This document shows positions 1-11,704 of a stretch of 55,554 nt of DNA, one piece after another. The translations under genes were made by a program, and so were the position numbers. Origin of the DNA: Hydrurus foetidus. Taxonomy: Eukaryota. The stretch covers positions 1 to 55,554 of the forward strand of contig UYFQ01000249.1 in assembly GCA_900617105.1 (NCBI GenBank), read 5' to 3'. The notes under the pieces are model-generated. The model was not told the origin of the DNA. It saw only the letters and a program-made list of their open reading frames with translations, and made no database searches. The first letter of the stretch is position 1. Each line of letters opens with the position of its first letter.

Positions 1-720
<720 letters not shown>

Positions 721-738
721 AGCTGAACCCTACAGTAC

Positions 739-3561
739 CTTGTGTTAAATTTGGACGCGCCAGTCAGATACGATCCTCTTTGTGAACCCCTGTGATTAAT
801 CATAAAATCGGCTACTCTTACATTTTCACCGCCTTTATCACCCCTTGCACGAGAGGGAAGCATGTACTCAATGACACCACCTTTGAAAAGGTCTAAAACA
901 GTCTTGCTTCTATTATTATCGCGAAGACCTATTACAGAGAATAATCATATTATTAGAAAATAATTGATAACTAAAAAAGTGCCTTGCTTACCTAGGTAAA
1001 TAATGGCTCTGGAGTATCCATCAACGCATCCATGAGTGATAAGCCCATAACGAATGAGCTTGTGATGGCCATCATGATGCCAAACGTGATGAGGACCTTC
1101 AACATTGTATACTCTCCTACAAGTTATAAAAAAGATAAGGAAAGTAAGATGATCAAAAAATTGATTATAAATTTACGGTTAAGAAAAATTGAAATCAACC
1201 GGAAATACGGCCAAATAATGCGGGTGAAACCGTTACAAATCATCACAACAATAAAATAAATTTAATATTTAATTCAACAATTAGTAATTAAGAAACATTT
1301 CATTGAGGAGTACTAACTGCAAACAAGACACTCAAACAGTAAAGAGAAATAAATTTGCGTCATTTTAATAGGATTTACATACACTCTAAATAAGCCGTGA
1401 AAATCAACCGGAAATACGGCCAAATAATGCGGGTGAAACCGTTACAAATCATCACAACAATAAAATAAATTTAATATTTAATTCAACAATTAGTAATTAA
1501 GAAACATTTCATTGAGGAGTACTAACTGCAAACAAGACACTCAAACAGTAAAGAGAAATAAATTTGCGTCATTTTAATAGGATTTACATACACTCTAAAT
1601 AAGCCGTGAAAATCAACCGGAAATACGGCCAAATAATGCGGGTGAAACCGTTACAAATCATCACAACAATAAAATAAATTTAATATTTAATTCAACAATT
1701 AGTAATTAAGAAACATTTCATTGAGGAGTACTAACTGCAAACAAGACACTCAAACAGTAAAGAGAAATAAATTTGCGTCATTTTAATAGGATTTACATAC
1801 ACTCTAAATAAGCCGTGAAAATCAACCGGAAATACGGCCAAATAATGCGGGTGAAACCGTTACAAATCATCACAACAATAAAATAAATTTAATATTTAAT
1901 TCAACAATTAGTAATTAAGAAACATTTCATTGAGGAGTACTAACTGCAAACAAGACACTCAAACAGTAAAGAGAAATAAATTTGCGTCATTTTAATAGGA
2001 TTTACATACACTCTAAATAAGCCGTGAAAATCAACCGGAAATACGGCCAAATAATGCGGGTGAAACCGTTACAAATCATCACAACAATAAAATAAATTTA
2101 ATATTTAATTCAACAATTAGTAATTAAGAAACATTTCATTGAGGAGTACTAACTGCAAACAAGACACTCAAACAGTAAAGAGAAATAAATTTGCGTCATT
2201 TTAATAGGATTTACATACACTCTAAATAAGCCGTGAAAATCAACCGGAAATACGGCCAAATAATGCGGGTGAAACCGTTACAAATCATCACAACAATAAA
2301 ATAAATTTAATATTTAATTCAACAATTAGTAATTAAGAAACATTTCATTGAGGAGTACTAACTGCAAACAAGACACTCAAACAGTAAAGAGAAATAAATT
2401 TGCGTCATTTTAATAGGATTTACATACACTCTAAATAAGCCGTGAAAATCAACCGGAAATACGGCCAAATAATGCGGGTGAAACCGTTACAAATCATCAC
2501 AACAATAAAATAAATTTAATATTTAATTCAACAATTAGTAATTAAGAAACATTTCATTGAGGAGTACTAACTGCAAACAAGACACTCAAACAGTAAAGAG
2601 AAATAAATTTGCGTCATTTTAACGGGGTTTGACGGAATACTATTCACCCTTCAGAGATTTATAGTGTTCTTTTTTATCTCAGTTTTCAAAAATAATCAAA
2701 GATTCCACAATTCCAAATTATCTTATTATATATTACAGAAAGATAAAGTGATATAATTCGTCATAAAAAATAATGTACTACTTAATACGCTACCAAGGCA
2801 TCAAAGAAAAGCTGTGCAAAATATTCAGGTCAATGTAGAAGCTACAGTGTAATAAATGATTTTCTTACATCTACCTCAATAATACAATTCAAATTTGAAA
2901 ATTGTATTGCAATCAATTTAATGAATGGGATGCGAAAAAATTGAAATTTAGTTCTACCTAATGATTCGCCGACCAAATGCTGCCCTGCGATCAACAAGTC
3001 CCCCGTCATCAACACGTGCAATAGCACTCCTTGCTTGTGACCTTGTGAACGACAGCTCGGATGACGCTCGTAGCATCCCTAAGACCATCCTCTCGCCTCG
3101 AGCTGGATGGTCTCTAGTGTAGGACTCGATTAGTACATCCAAAGAATTCTCAGTATGCTCCTCAGTATGAATCTGACAACACATCAGTGATAAAATATAG
3201 GCTCAGAAACATACTTTGATCATCAACATCACTGATGGAATATCGAAAGATCAAAACTTTAGACACCTCATTTGCATGGAGATTTCTCCAGCGCAAGAAA
3301 GTCCGTTGGCTTACGCCTAGAAGATTCCCAATATCCGTCCACGACAATCCAGCACCACGATGGCTACGGACGAATGCCGCGTCAATCTCAACTCCAGGTC
3401 GACCGCGAGGCTACAATCAATATGATCGGTAAGAGGTAACATTAGATATTGACTGCTATTAGCAATTCAGGCAGTAATCGACGTCAATGTAAGATACGAT
3501 CGATGAGCAAGATCAATTTATTTGATGAAAGCAAATGAAATTCAGAGCCCATACACACCAT
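739..3561 (-). CDS. Intron-containing HTH + integrase-core (rve-like DDE) transposase, IS3EU-like; 3' end lies beyond the left window edge
   Basis: Hand-spliced in-frame exons with GT-AG ends: ATG 3561-3559 (tentative); 3410-3267 (PRGRPG...SWTDIGNLLGVSQRTFLRWR, HTH); 3172-2958 (HPARGERMVLGML...ARVD); 1116-992 (RVYNVEGPHHVWHHDGHHKLIRYGLITHGCVDGYSR); 928-739 (LPSRARGDKGGENVRVADFM..RGSQRGSYLTGASKFNTR). These match the WHxDGxHKL / GxxDGxSR / PSRxRxDxGxEN motifs of eukaryotic integrase-core transposases. Confidence 0.85.
1192..2622. repeat. 209-bp tandem array, about 6.85 near-identical copies, intronic
   Basis: Unit starts (AAATCAACCGGAAATACGGCC) at 1192, 1401, 1610, 1819, 2028, 2237 and 2446. 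The last copy is truncated at 2622. Confidence 0.95.
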
Positions 3562-3808
3562 GATGCCAAGGCCGATGAGATCATCAACTCAGAGCTCGAA
3601 CAAAAATGCAATTAGAAATTGCGGATAATCGCAGAAGGTTTACTCGGTAGATTTGAGATGGGTGGTGGAAAATGATGACCTGATGACCTCGAAGTTTGCA
3701 GCAGGTCTTCGAAGTGACGGCGAAGTGACACAATGATCCATGATCTTCGGAAAAACCGTGAAATTAATATAGTCTGGTTTGGCACGGCATATTTACTGAG
3801 GTATCACG

Positions 3809-4141
3809 TGTTGGCGGATCTTCGAGTTTGCAGTCACGTACGTCGCTCGCGGTACAGCTGTTGAAGAACACTCGGCCAAGACTCGTGAGATAAGAATTGT
3901 ATTGTCAGTAATCACTTGTTAATTGACTGTGCTTCATCCCTGCTGAAGTCCCCGAGTCCCTTCCAATGCAACAACAGTATTCAGTTCTATACTACTTGAA
4001 GTACACAGACGATGCACTGGGTCCATTCATCGTCATCAAACACACACACACACACACACACACGCAGAGTGATCCGTACGTCTGTACGAGTGCATAAGTA
4101 CACAAATTGTGTCCGTGTCATAAACTCTAATATCTCCAACA
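3809..4141 (-). repeat. 3' LTR of the copia element
   Basis: Direct repeat of 9004-9336, including the same (CA)11 tract, with TG...CA termini. Confidence 0.96.
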
Positions 4142-4150
4142 CACCCCTAT
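4142..4150 (-). other. Polypurine tract (plus-strand primer site)
   Basis: Minus strand reads ATAGGGGTG immediately before the 3' LTR start TGTTGG. Confidence 0.7.
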
Positions 4151-4207
4151 GTCACATCACAATTGTCGCTATTCACGCATCACGCATAAGTTATAAATAG
4201 ATCTCAT

Positions 4208-7200
4208 CTAAGCTAATATCTCGTTGTCCCATCCAGTAAGTCCCTGCCTCTCGCACTTGAACTGTGCACCTTGTAGCGGCTTCGTCAGAAGGTTCGCGTA
4301 CATCTCCTTGGTGCCAAGGTGTCTAACTCTCGCCTCTCCTTGGTCCACTCGCTCCTTGAGCCAGAAGTACTTGATGGCTATGTGCCGCGTCCGCTCTGCC
4401 GCTGACCGCCCCCTCTCTATGAGCGACATGCATGACATGTTGTCTTGATACACCGTCACTGGACCGCATGCATGTCCTTGCCCTATGATAAAATGTCTTA
4501 GGTGAAGTGCCTGGTTAGTCGAGTCGGATAGCGCCACCAACTCCGCCTCCGTGCTCGACTTGGTCACGATCTGCTGCTTCGCTGATTTGCTGTGCACCGC
4601 ACCCCTTTCTCCGACCACAACGCAGCTGCCCGTGTGCGACTTTCCATCCGGGTGTACTCCATACGCTGCGTCTATTAGCACGCTGATCTCGATACCCCTG
4701 CACCCCGCAGCGAACACTATGCCTCTGTCCTTTGTCGCATTCACGTACTTGAGCAGTCGCTCGAGCTTCGCAAGGTCATCGACGCTGCATCTCGTAACCC
4801 GAGTTGCAAGATAGGCCACTGCCGTCAGACAGTCCGGCCTTGCACGCTTCGCAAGGTATAACATCTTGGCGACGTGGCGGTGGAATCGCACCCGCTGCTC
4901 CTCAGACGCCATGTCCACTCCCTCTCTCGTATCGAACAAGCCCTCTGTCGCCGGTGTCCTCGCACCTCCCACCGTCCCGCTTTCCTTGAGCATGTCTTCC
5001 ACATATCCCGTCATCGACACACGTGCGACACCTGCGGTAGTAAGATCGAACACCATACCTAGGTAATTCACAACAGGTCCATCTTTCCTCGTGATGTCGC
5101 CATACCTTTTGATAAGACCGCACGCCACTGACTCGATCATTGCGCTGCTCGTGCTGGTGATCATCAGGTCATCCACATGGACCGCGATGGTGCACTGCAC
5201 CCCGTGCCCGTCATGCTTATTGAAGACGCACGTGTCGTGCGGGTTCGGTACGTACCCTAGTTCTGCTAGACTCGCTCTCAGGTTCTCGTACCATAGTGCT
5301 GCGGACTCCACACATCCGTAGAGTGCTTTGTCGAGCTTCACTACTATGCATCCCTTGTGGTCAGCGAATGGAGAGTAGCGTGGTGCCAACTTGATCATGA
5401 TGTTGGACATATTCCTGTCCAACCTCATGTGAACAGGCAACCCCGTCGTCATATCCGCATTCAGGAACGCGCCGCTGATGTCGACCACGGCAATGCTCCT
5501 CCTCTCATATGCCGCTATGCTCAGCAGTGTGAACACTGAACTTGTCGCCACCGTTGGCGCGGACAGGTCGTCGTACAGGTCGCGGTCTTGTTGGTCTCCC
5601 CCTGCCACCAGCCGAGCCTTCAGCTTCTCGAATTCCCCGCTCGCCAGGAACTTCTCCTTCAGGAACATGCTTGATCGGATGATTCTCTGTCTCTCCTCGC
5701 ACGACAATTTCTTCACATCGATCGGTTCCCAAACCTTCTTATCGATCATCTGTCTCAGCTCTTTCTCGATCACAGTTACCGCCGCGTCACCCCTTGTGCG
5801 CAGCGCCTCATTCACCGATATATTGAAGACAAAGTCTCCCCACTCGGCCCCATCGCCGTCGTAGTTACGTGTCAGCAGGGCAGTCCTGTCGCCGTTCCTG
5901 AAGAAGTCCATAATGTTCTGTCTGCCCACATTAACGTCTGGAACACTCAGTGTTGCTTTGGCAACGCTCACCGCATCATCCCACGCGACAGCGGTTGCCG
6001 TGTAGTCCACCGGTACACCGCGCTCATCTATACCACCTGTAGAGTACTGGGGGTGGTCGTGTGGACCAGCTCGCATTCGATTCATACTGTCGACCAGGCC
6101 GTCCATTTCGGGGTCGGTGTCTTCAACCCGCTCCGGTGTCGCTGACTCCACGTGGTGCCCATCCGCATCGTCAGGTTCCCGCTCGACAAGCGCACCTCCC
6201 TCGTCGTACTGCTGAACCTCTCCAAGCTCCGGCTCGTCTGGGTTGTACAACGGCAGCACTGATGGGTCGACTCCATCGTGGACAGCAGGTTCGATCGTAT
6301 CCGGCAGTCCTTTCCCGATTTCTTCGTCTTGCTCGTACGATGTAGGCCGTACGTACAGCTCACCCTTCCCCTTTACTCGCCCATCAGCAAGAGCCAGCTC
6401 ATTAAGTCTCTTTATCACGGACTCCGGCATCGGCAGTATTCGGAACTGGTCGCGGTTCACTAGCCGACCTGTGCTGAGTGACAGCATGCGAACTGTACCT
6501 GTCCGATTTCCAAGCGGGAGCATCACCACGCAGTCTTCGGTTCGACTCTTCAACCCCGCATCTGTGTTGGGTACAGTGCATTGTGCATAATCTCCAAATG
6601 AGCAGCGGAAGTCACGCTTACCATCCGGCTTCCTCCCAATGAATGCCTCGCGAGGGCTTGGTCCCCACCCCCGTACTCCGGCTGGTTCGTAGTTCAGCCT
6701 AGAGATACAGTACAATACACACATGGCGATACCGACGGTAGACAGGGTGAACGGTAGGTGGTACGCTACGTGAGCTCGTACCCTTTCCTTGATAACTCGA
6801 ATTTTTCTCTCTATCCTGGCAACGTGTCCACCGGCCCCACTCACGTCCACTTCCACTCCGAGTTTCCCCAACTCATCGACGAGGCTCACAACACCCCCCT
6901 CGCCATCGCTCATTATCACGGACGTCCTGAAGTTCTGCGACGCTAGGACTCCAAGGAAATGGTTGATCCCGACCTTGATCTGAGCTGCCGTCCTCGCTGG
7001 CTTCTTCAGATCGACTGTGTTAAGACTGTATGCAATAGTTAGTCCCAACGGAGTAGCTACCCCAACTAGTATAGATAATTTTTCTATAAACATAATATCG
7101 ATGGATAAGACCTGATCCCTTTGCAACATTTTGGTGCTGACAGTGATATCAGCGCTCACAGTTGCTCTCTTCGTTGTTTTGCCTTTTAGCGAGGCTATAT

Positions 7201-8979
7201 CTTTCCCCCAGATCGCGTCAGCGATCTGGAAGTCCCTCGCTGTAACATCGAAGTTGGTCCCACAGTTGATGATTCCCATCGCTTGCTCCACTGACGGGAA
7301 TCCCATCCTCGCTAGCAACTCCCGAGCGTGTCCTGCCTGCTCTACCTCGCGTTTTGTAAACGCCTTCAAGTTCTCGATGACAGTCGTGACAAGAGCTTTC
7401 TCATGCACGACCTTCCTCCAGTCGCAGGAGTAGAATCGGCCTTCACTTCCAACTATGCGCTTCCTCCCAAAGCGATACACTCTCGTGCTTCCCTTCGGCT
7501 GAAGAGTGAAGCAGTCGCTCAGGTGGTCGTATCTGACTGACGCCCCTGAGTCGACTTGTGAAGCGAACGATAGAATGTTCGCGGAGGCTGATCCACTGTA
7601 GTATACTGTCCCAAACTCCCCAAACTCTCCTTCTCTATCCACAGAGACTCCTCCTCCCTGCTGGATGCCGCTCACTCTGATTGACTTCCCCGCCTTCCTC
7701 ACATCCGTAAGTAGTTCCTCATTGTTGAAAATATTCAACGATGCCTCGTTGTCCAGCAGTATGTCATATCTTGAGAAGCAGCAGATCTCCTCCGTTGAAA
7801 CCAGTGCTACCCCCCATTCACTAGGCTCACCCTCATACTCGCTATCTGACTCTGCAGCAGTGACGTGAGCTTTCTCTCCGGACTGTTTTCTCTGAGGACA
7901 GTTCCTCGCGTAATGCCCCATAGTCTCGCATTTGAAACACTCAACTTCTGAGAGAGGTTTCTTGCCGCTCCCTCCGGCTTTCCCCGCTTTCTTCTCCGGG
8001 TCCTTAGCCTTGGTCACATGTGCGCTCTCGTCGGTAACGTACGCAGCATTGGCAGCTGCCGGTGCAGGTGTGGGTGTGGACGTGGAGGTCCGTTCATACC
8101 ACTCGGAAGCAATGTGGAAAGCTAAGGAGAGTGTGGCGGGGTATGCGTCTGGCTTACGCCGTAGTGCGTCGTGTTTCATGTCGTCAGTCATGATCCCGTA
8201 TCTTCGGCTATCGAGCTTTCCTAGAAAGTCGAGTACTCTCTTCGAATCCGATACCGGTGCAATTCCGACGGCGAGATTTGCGATCACCTGTTCATCAAAT
8301 CTATTCTTAAATGTGACGATGTGCTCTCTCACCTTGTCTCATTGACCCGTACTTATTTTCCTGTTCGTGCTGGTTGTACTCTAGTGAAGCATGACCACCG
8401 ACCATGTGTGTGAGGTGAGTCTTCCTTATCAATGTCCATAGTAGTACGCAGTCCAAAGTTAGGTACGCGGTCTGAAACTCCTCTTCTTCTCTCACCCTAC
8501 TCTGTGATATGAGCGACATACGCTTCCACATCATAGGATACACCGTACGTTCGTTATCACGTTGTGTCTTGAGTTCCCTCTTTCTCTGGATGTAGTCGTC
8601 CTCTCTGAATTTCGCTCTCGACTTCTCAGATGCTCTACGTTTCCTTTCAACTTTCGCTGCTCTGCGCGCGGCGCGCTGTTGCAGCGGCAGCTCTCGCTGC
8701 AATTTCCGCTGGGTTTGGTACAGCTCGCTCGTCCAAATCCTCTTCCTCGGACTCGGAACTGTAGTTTTCCGAAGATGAATCCGATGGGAAGTCCCTGTAG
8801 GAAGCTTTCGGAAGCTCATATCTCACGTTGGTTGTGAAGAACATCCCTACGATTCCGTATAGTTCTGTCACTACCGTTTGCATATGTTCTCTCCATTTGA
8901 TTATGTTGTTGTGTTTGCCAAACTGAAGTATACACTCCTCTGTACTTTTAAAAGCTTCGGCAGCTCGTTTGGGAGGCAT
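4208..8979 (-). CDS. Copia Gag-Pol polyprotein, split by two +1 frame breaks (about 8670 and about 8328)
   Basis: Gag starts MPPKR at 8979. Motifs: zinc knuckle CFKCETMGHYARNC; protease LLDNEAS; integrase SIDIMF, SDGEGG, RIERKIR; RT KARLVAGG, DISGAFL, LYGCVES, VHVDD; RNase H IDAAY, STEAE. The main open frame is 1374 aa (4208-8332). Confidence 0.93.
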
Positions 8980-8993
8980 TGTAATGCCAGTGT

Positions 8994-9003
8994 CAGTCAA
9001 TTA
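8994..9003 (-). other. Non-tRNA primer-binding site (TAATTGACTG), complementary to LTR position 9115-9124
   Basis: Abuts the 5' LTR end and lacks TGG. Plus-strand CAGTCAATTA (8994-9003) is the exact reverse complement of TAATTGACTG (9115-9124). Confidence 0.7.
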
Positions 9004-9336
9004 TGTTGGCGGATCTTCGAGTTTGCAGTCACGTACGTCGCTCGCGGTACAGCTGTTGAAGAACACTCGGCCAAGACTCGTGAGATAAGAATTGTATTGT
9101 CAGTAATCACTTGTTAATTGACTGTGCTTCATCCCTGCTGAAGTCCCCGAGTCCCTTCCAATGCAACAACAGTATTCAGTTCTATACTACTTGAAGTACA
9201 CAGACGATGCACTGGGTCCATTCATCGTCATCAAACACACACACACACACACACACACGCAGAGTGATCCGTACGTCTGTACGAGTGCATAAGTACACAA
9301 ATTGTGTCCGTGTCATAAACTCTAATATCTCCAACA
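9004..9336 (-). repeat. 5' LTR of the copia element
   Basis: 333 bp, with no differences seen by eye against 3809-4141. Confidence 0.96.
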
Positions 9337-9596
9337 TCACGCACACACGGCATCACTCCAACTGTGGATTTCAAATACTTATTCAGCATATTAGATGTAA
9401 CTTCGGATTTAAAAAGTCTTGAAAGATCAATTAAATTGCCGTACGATCTGAACTGTAATCTTCAACATAAATCATGAATGTCATTCATGACGGTGGCTCG
9501 AGAGAATATAAATATGTTAATTGATTTTATCTCCGCGAACAACTTAACTTTATGACTTGAATTGCTCAGCCTCTAGATTCAACTTTTGAACTTTCG

Positions 9597-10861
9597 ATGG
9601 CAACATCGAATAGCCTATACCACACATCTCGAGGAAAAGTAGACAGTATGTTGCACTGTCTTAACATGCAAATTATTCTTATGTCTGCATTACATATTCT
9701 GAGGACCACATCACTAGTTTCCTGGAGTAAAAAGGTCTACTAATTGTGTTCGAGTACAGTGAAGTCACAAAGGCGTTCAAGGTCGCTGTTCTACCTCTCT
9801 CAGTGATGACTGTGGGTCCACAATACAAAGACAGAAATCTTTTATCAAATCGCCAACAATTGCTGATTGACTTCATAACTTCCGCGCAGTTGGCACTGGA
9901 CCACAATTTTATAGTATGCCATTATCCTATTCAGTTCTTGAAACATCTACATCATCTTCACTTCGATCTCTCCTCTCAGATATATTTGCGGAGTCTGCAA
10001 TATATCATGGAGAAGATTTCAAGCTCTCGAGTGGCTTTGGGGCAATTCTGAGGGCTTCGTCTAGTTCGTCGATGGGTATCGCTTTATCACTCGACTCCGG
10101 CTGTCTCAAAACCTCTCTATGCAATAAAGAGGAGCTGATATTATCATATGAGGACGCTGGAAAACTAGTTGATGCATATTTTGTCCATCAATGTCAACCT
10201 GTAGTGGATAAGAGCCAATTAGATGTCCTCTTTCAAGCCGCTTATGGGTATAGGCTAGATGCGCGGGTGGCTCATATACTAAATCAGTATAAAGCAGATT
10301 ACAGTGATGATTCATCAATGTGAGGTGATCTTGCTGCGGAAGTCATCTGACACAGCTCGCAATCACACGCTAACTAAAAATTGACGGACTCATTCGATGG
10401 TCCACTGCCTATTTTCAGTGTGTATGTACAGGAGGTTCTTGTCACTGCAGTATTGTTATCAAGGTGCTCATGGAGTCAACGAGCGGGGCTGCTCTTTAAT
10501 GTATTCAAATGCATTGGCACAGAAGAGATGAGTCATGATGATTTTATTCTTGCAGCTCATGCAGTCGTTGTATCTCTATGTCGCTTATGGGGCAGCGCAA
10601 GATGGGAATCTTCATCTCTGGCAGATCTGTCAGAAGCCCTTGCAGATAATGCTTTCACGAAGGTACATTAGAAAAATTTCATACATCTAATCAGTTGCAA
10701 TATTCCTAAATAAATGACATGTATATTCTTAGCTCGATAAAGATTTAGACGAGGATGTGGGGCGGGCAGAATTCGTGCAGTGGGTCACAGGTCGCTTCTC
10801 AGAAAGCAGAACAGTGGGGAGTTCAGAGAGCCTCATGGCTCTTTACAAATCTGCCTACTAA
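9597..10861 (+). CDS. Spliced EF-hand-like (calcineurin B/recoverin-like) protein; 5' exons uncertain
   Basis: 3' exons splice in frame: ...QEVLVTAVLLSRCSWSQRAGLLFNVFKCIGTEEMSHDDF...ADNAFTK|LDKDLDEDVGRAEFVQWV...KSAY*, a degenerate EF-hand pattern. The start at 9597 is tentative. Confidence 0.55.
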
Positions 10862-11704
10862 AGACTCTGTCTCTTAGGAACCGCTAAGAAGCTTTCAAAA
10901 CTCCATGTGTATTTTAAATGCTATGTTTGTGATACGATTGTGTTCATATGGGAGCATGTGTCATGCTTCTCGTTATCAAATAACGAGAACAGTACTATTA
11001 TACTGGTTTCGGAGATTTAATGAACAAACTCGAATTGTTTACATCTAATTCGATGTTACAATGCGTGATTATGCATGAGTTGTAATGAGGTTATAAACGA
11101 CTGCTACTCATCATGATGTGTTCGCAGATACGTCTCAAATGAGTGCGTCTCGCTTGTAACGCATCCACTGACACTACGCAGACTGATAAAACACAATTCA
11201 ATTCAGTTTTACTTGTTCTGGTCAGAGCCCACCTGTTAGTAATTTCTTCAATTGGTGATGAAAAATACTGTCAAGGTAGCGATTCTTCTGTTAACAGCCG
11301 TCGTTATCACCAACTATTGTGAGGAATGACTCACTATATTTCGGAAATAATGAGAACGATCCTCCCAACCAATATGAGATCTGGGCGCGAAGTCGTGAGA
11401 TGCCATGTTGTACCGACGAATGTACATCGGTTCAAGCTCTTTATTGCAGCATTTCAGACTGTTTGAATCATAAGGTGGGATTCGTTCGTCATTGAAGTTG
11501 TTCGTGAACGTTCCCACTTCACTTCTGTACATCGCATGTATGGAAATGAAGTGTATCGCTCTCTTTGATTCTTCGACTGATTTTGATAGTCCATTAAATC
11601 ACTTTCGCAGCTCGGCAATCGATATCTGTAGAACCGTCTTGCATAAAACCTCCATAAATAGCTGAAGATCGTCTATGCTTATCAGCCATGATAAATGTCA
11701 GAGT

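Larger units (their letters stand above)
3809..9336 (-). mobile_element. Full-length Ty1/copia LTR retrotransposon
   Basis: Two 333-bp LTRs (3809-4141, 9004-9336) with TGTTGG...CCAACA ends. 5-bp TSD TCACG at 3804-3808 and 9337-9341. Domain order gag-PR-IN-RT-RH. Confidence 0.97.

Noticed and set aside
1192..2622. CRISPR-like array or hammerhead ribozyme array
   Set aside because: Units are identical head to tail with no unique spacers, and I saw no convincing CUGANGA/GAAA core with stems.
4224..8345. Many plus-strand ORFs over the retrotransposon
   Set aside because: Antisense shadows of the GC-rich pol frame with no independent motifs.
9430..9445. GCCGTA as a possible right terminus of the DDE transposon
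   Set aside because: Too short, and the matching left end is outside the window, so it cannot be supported.
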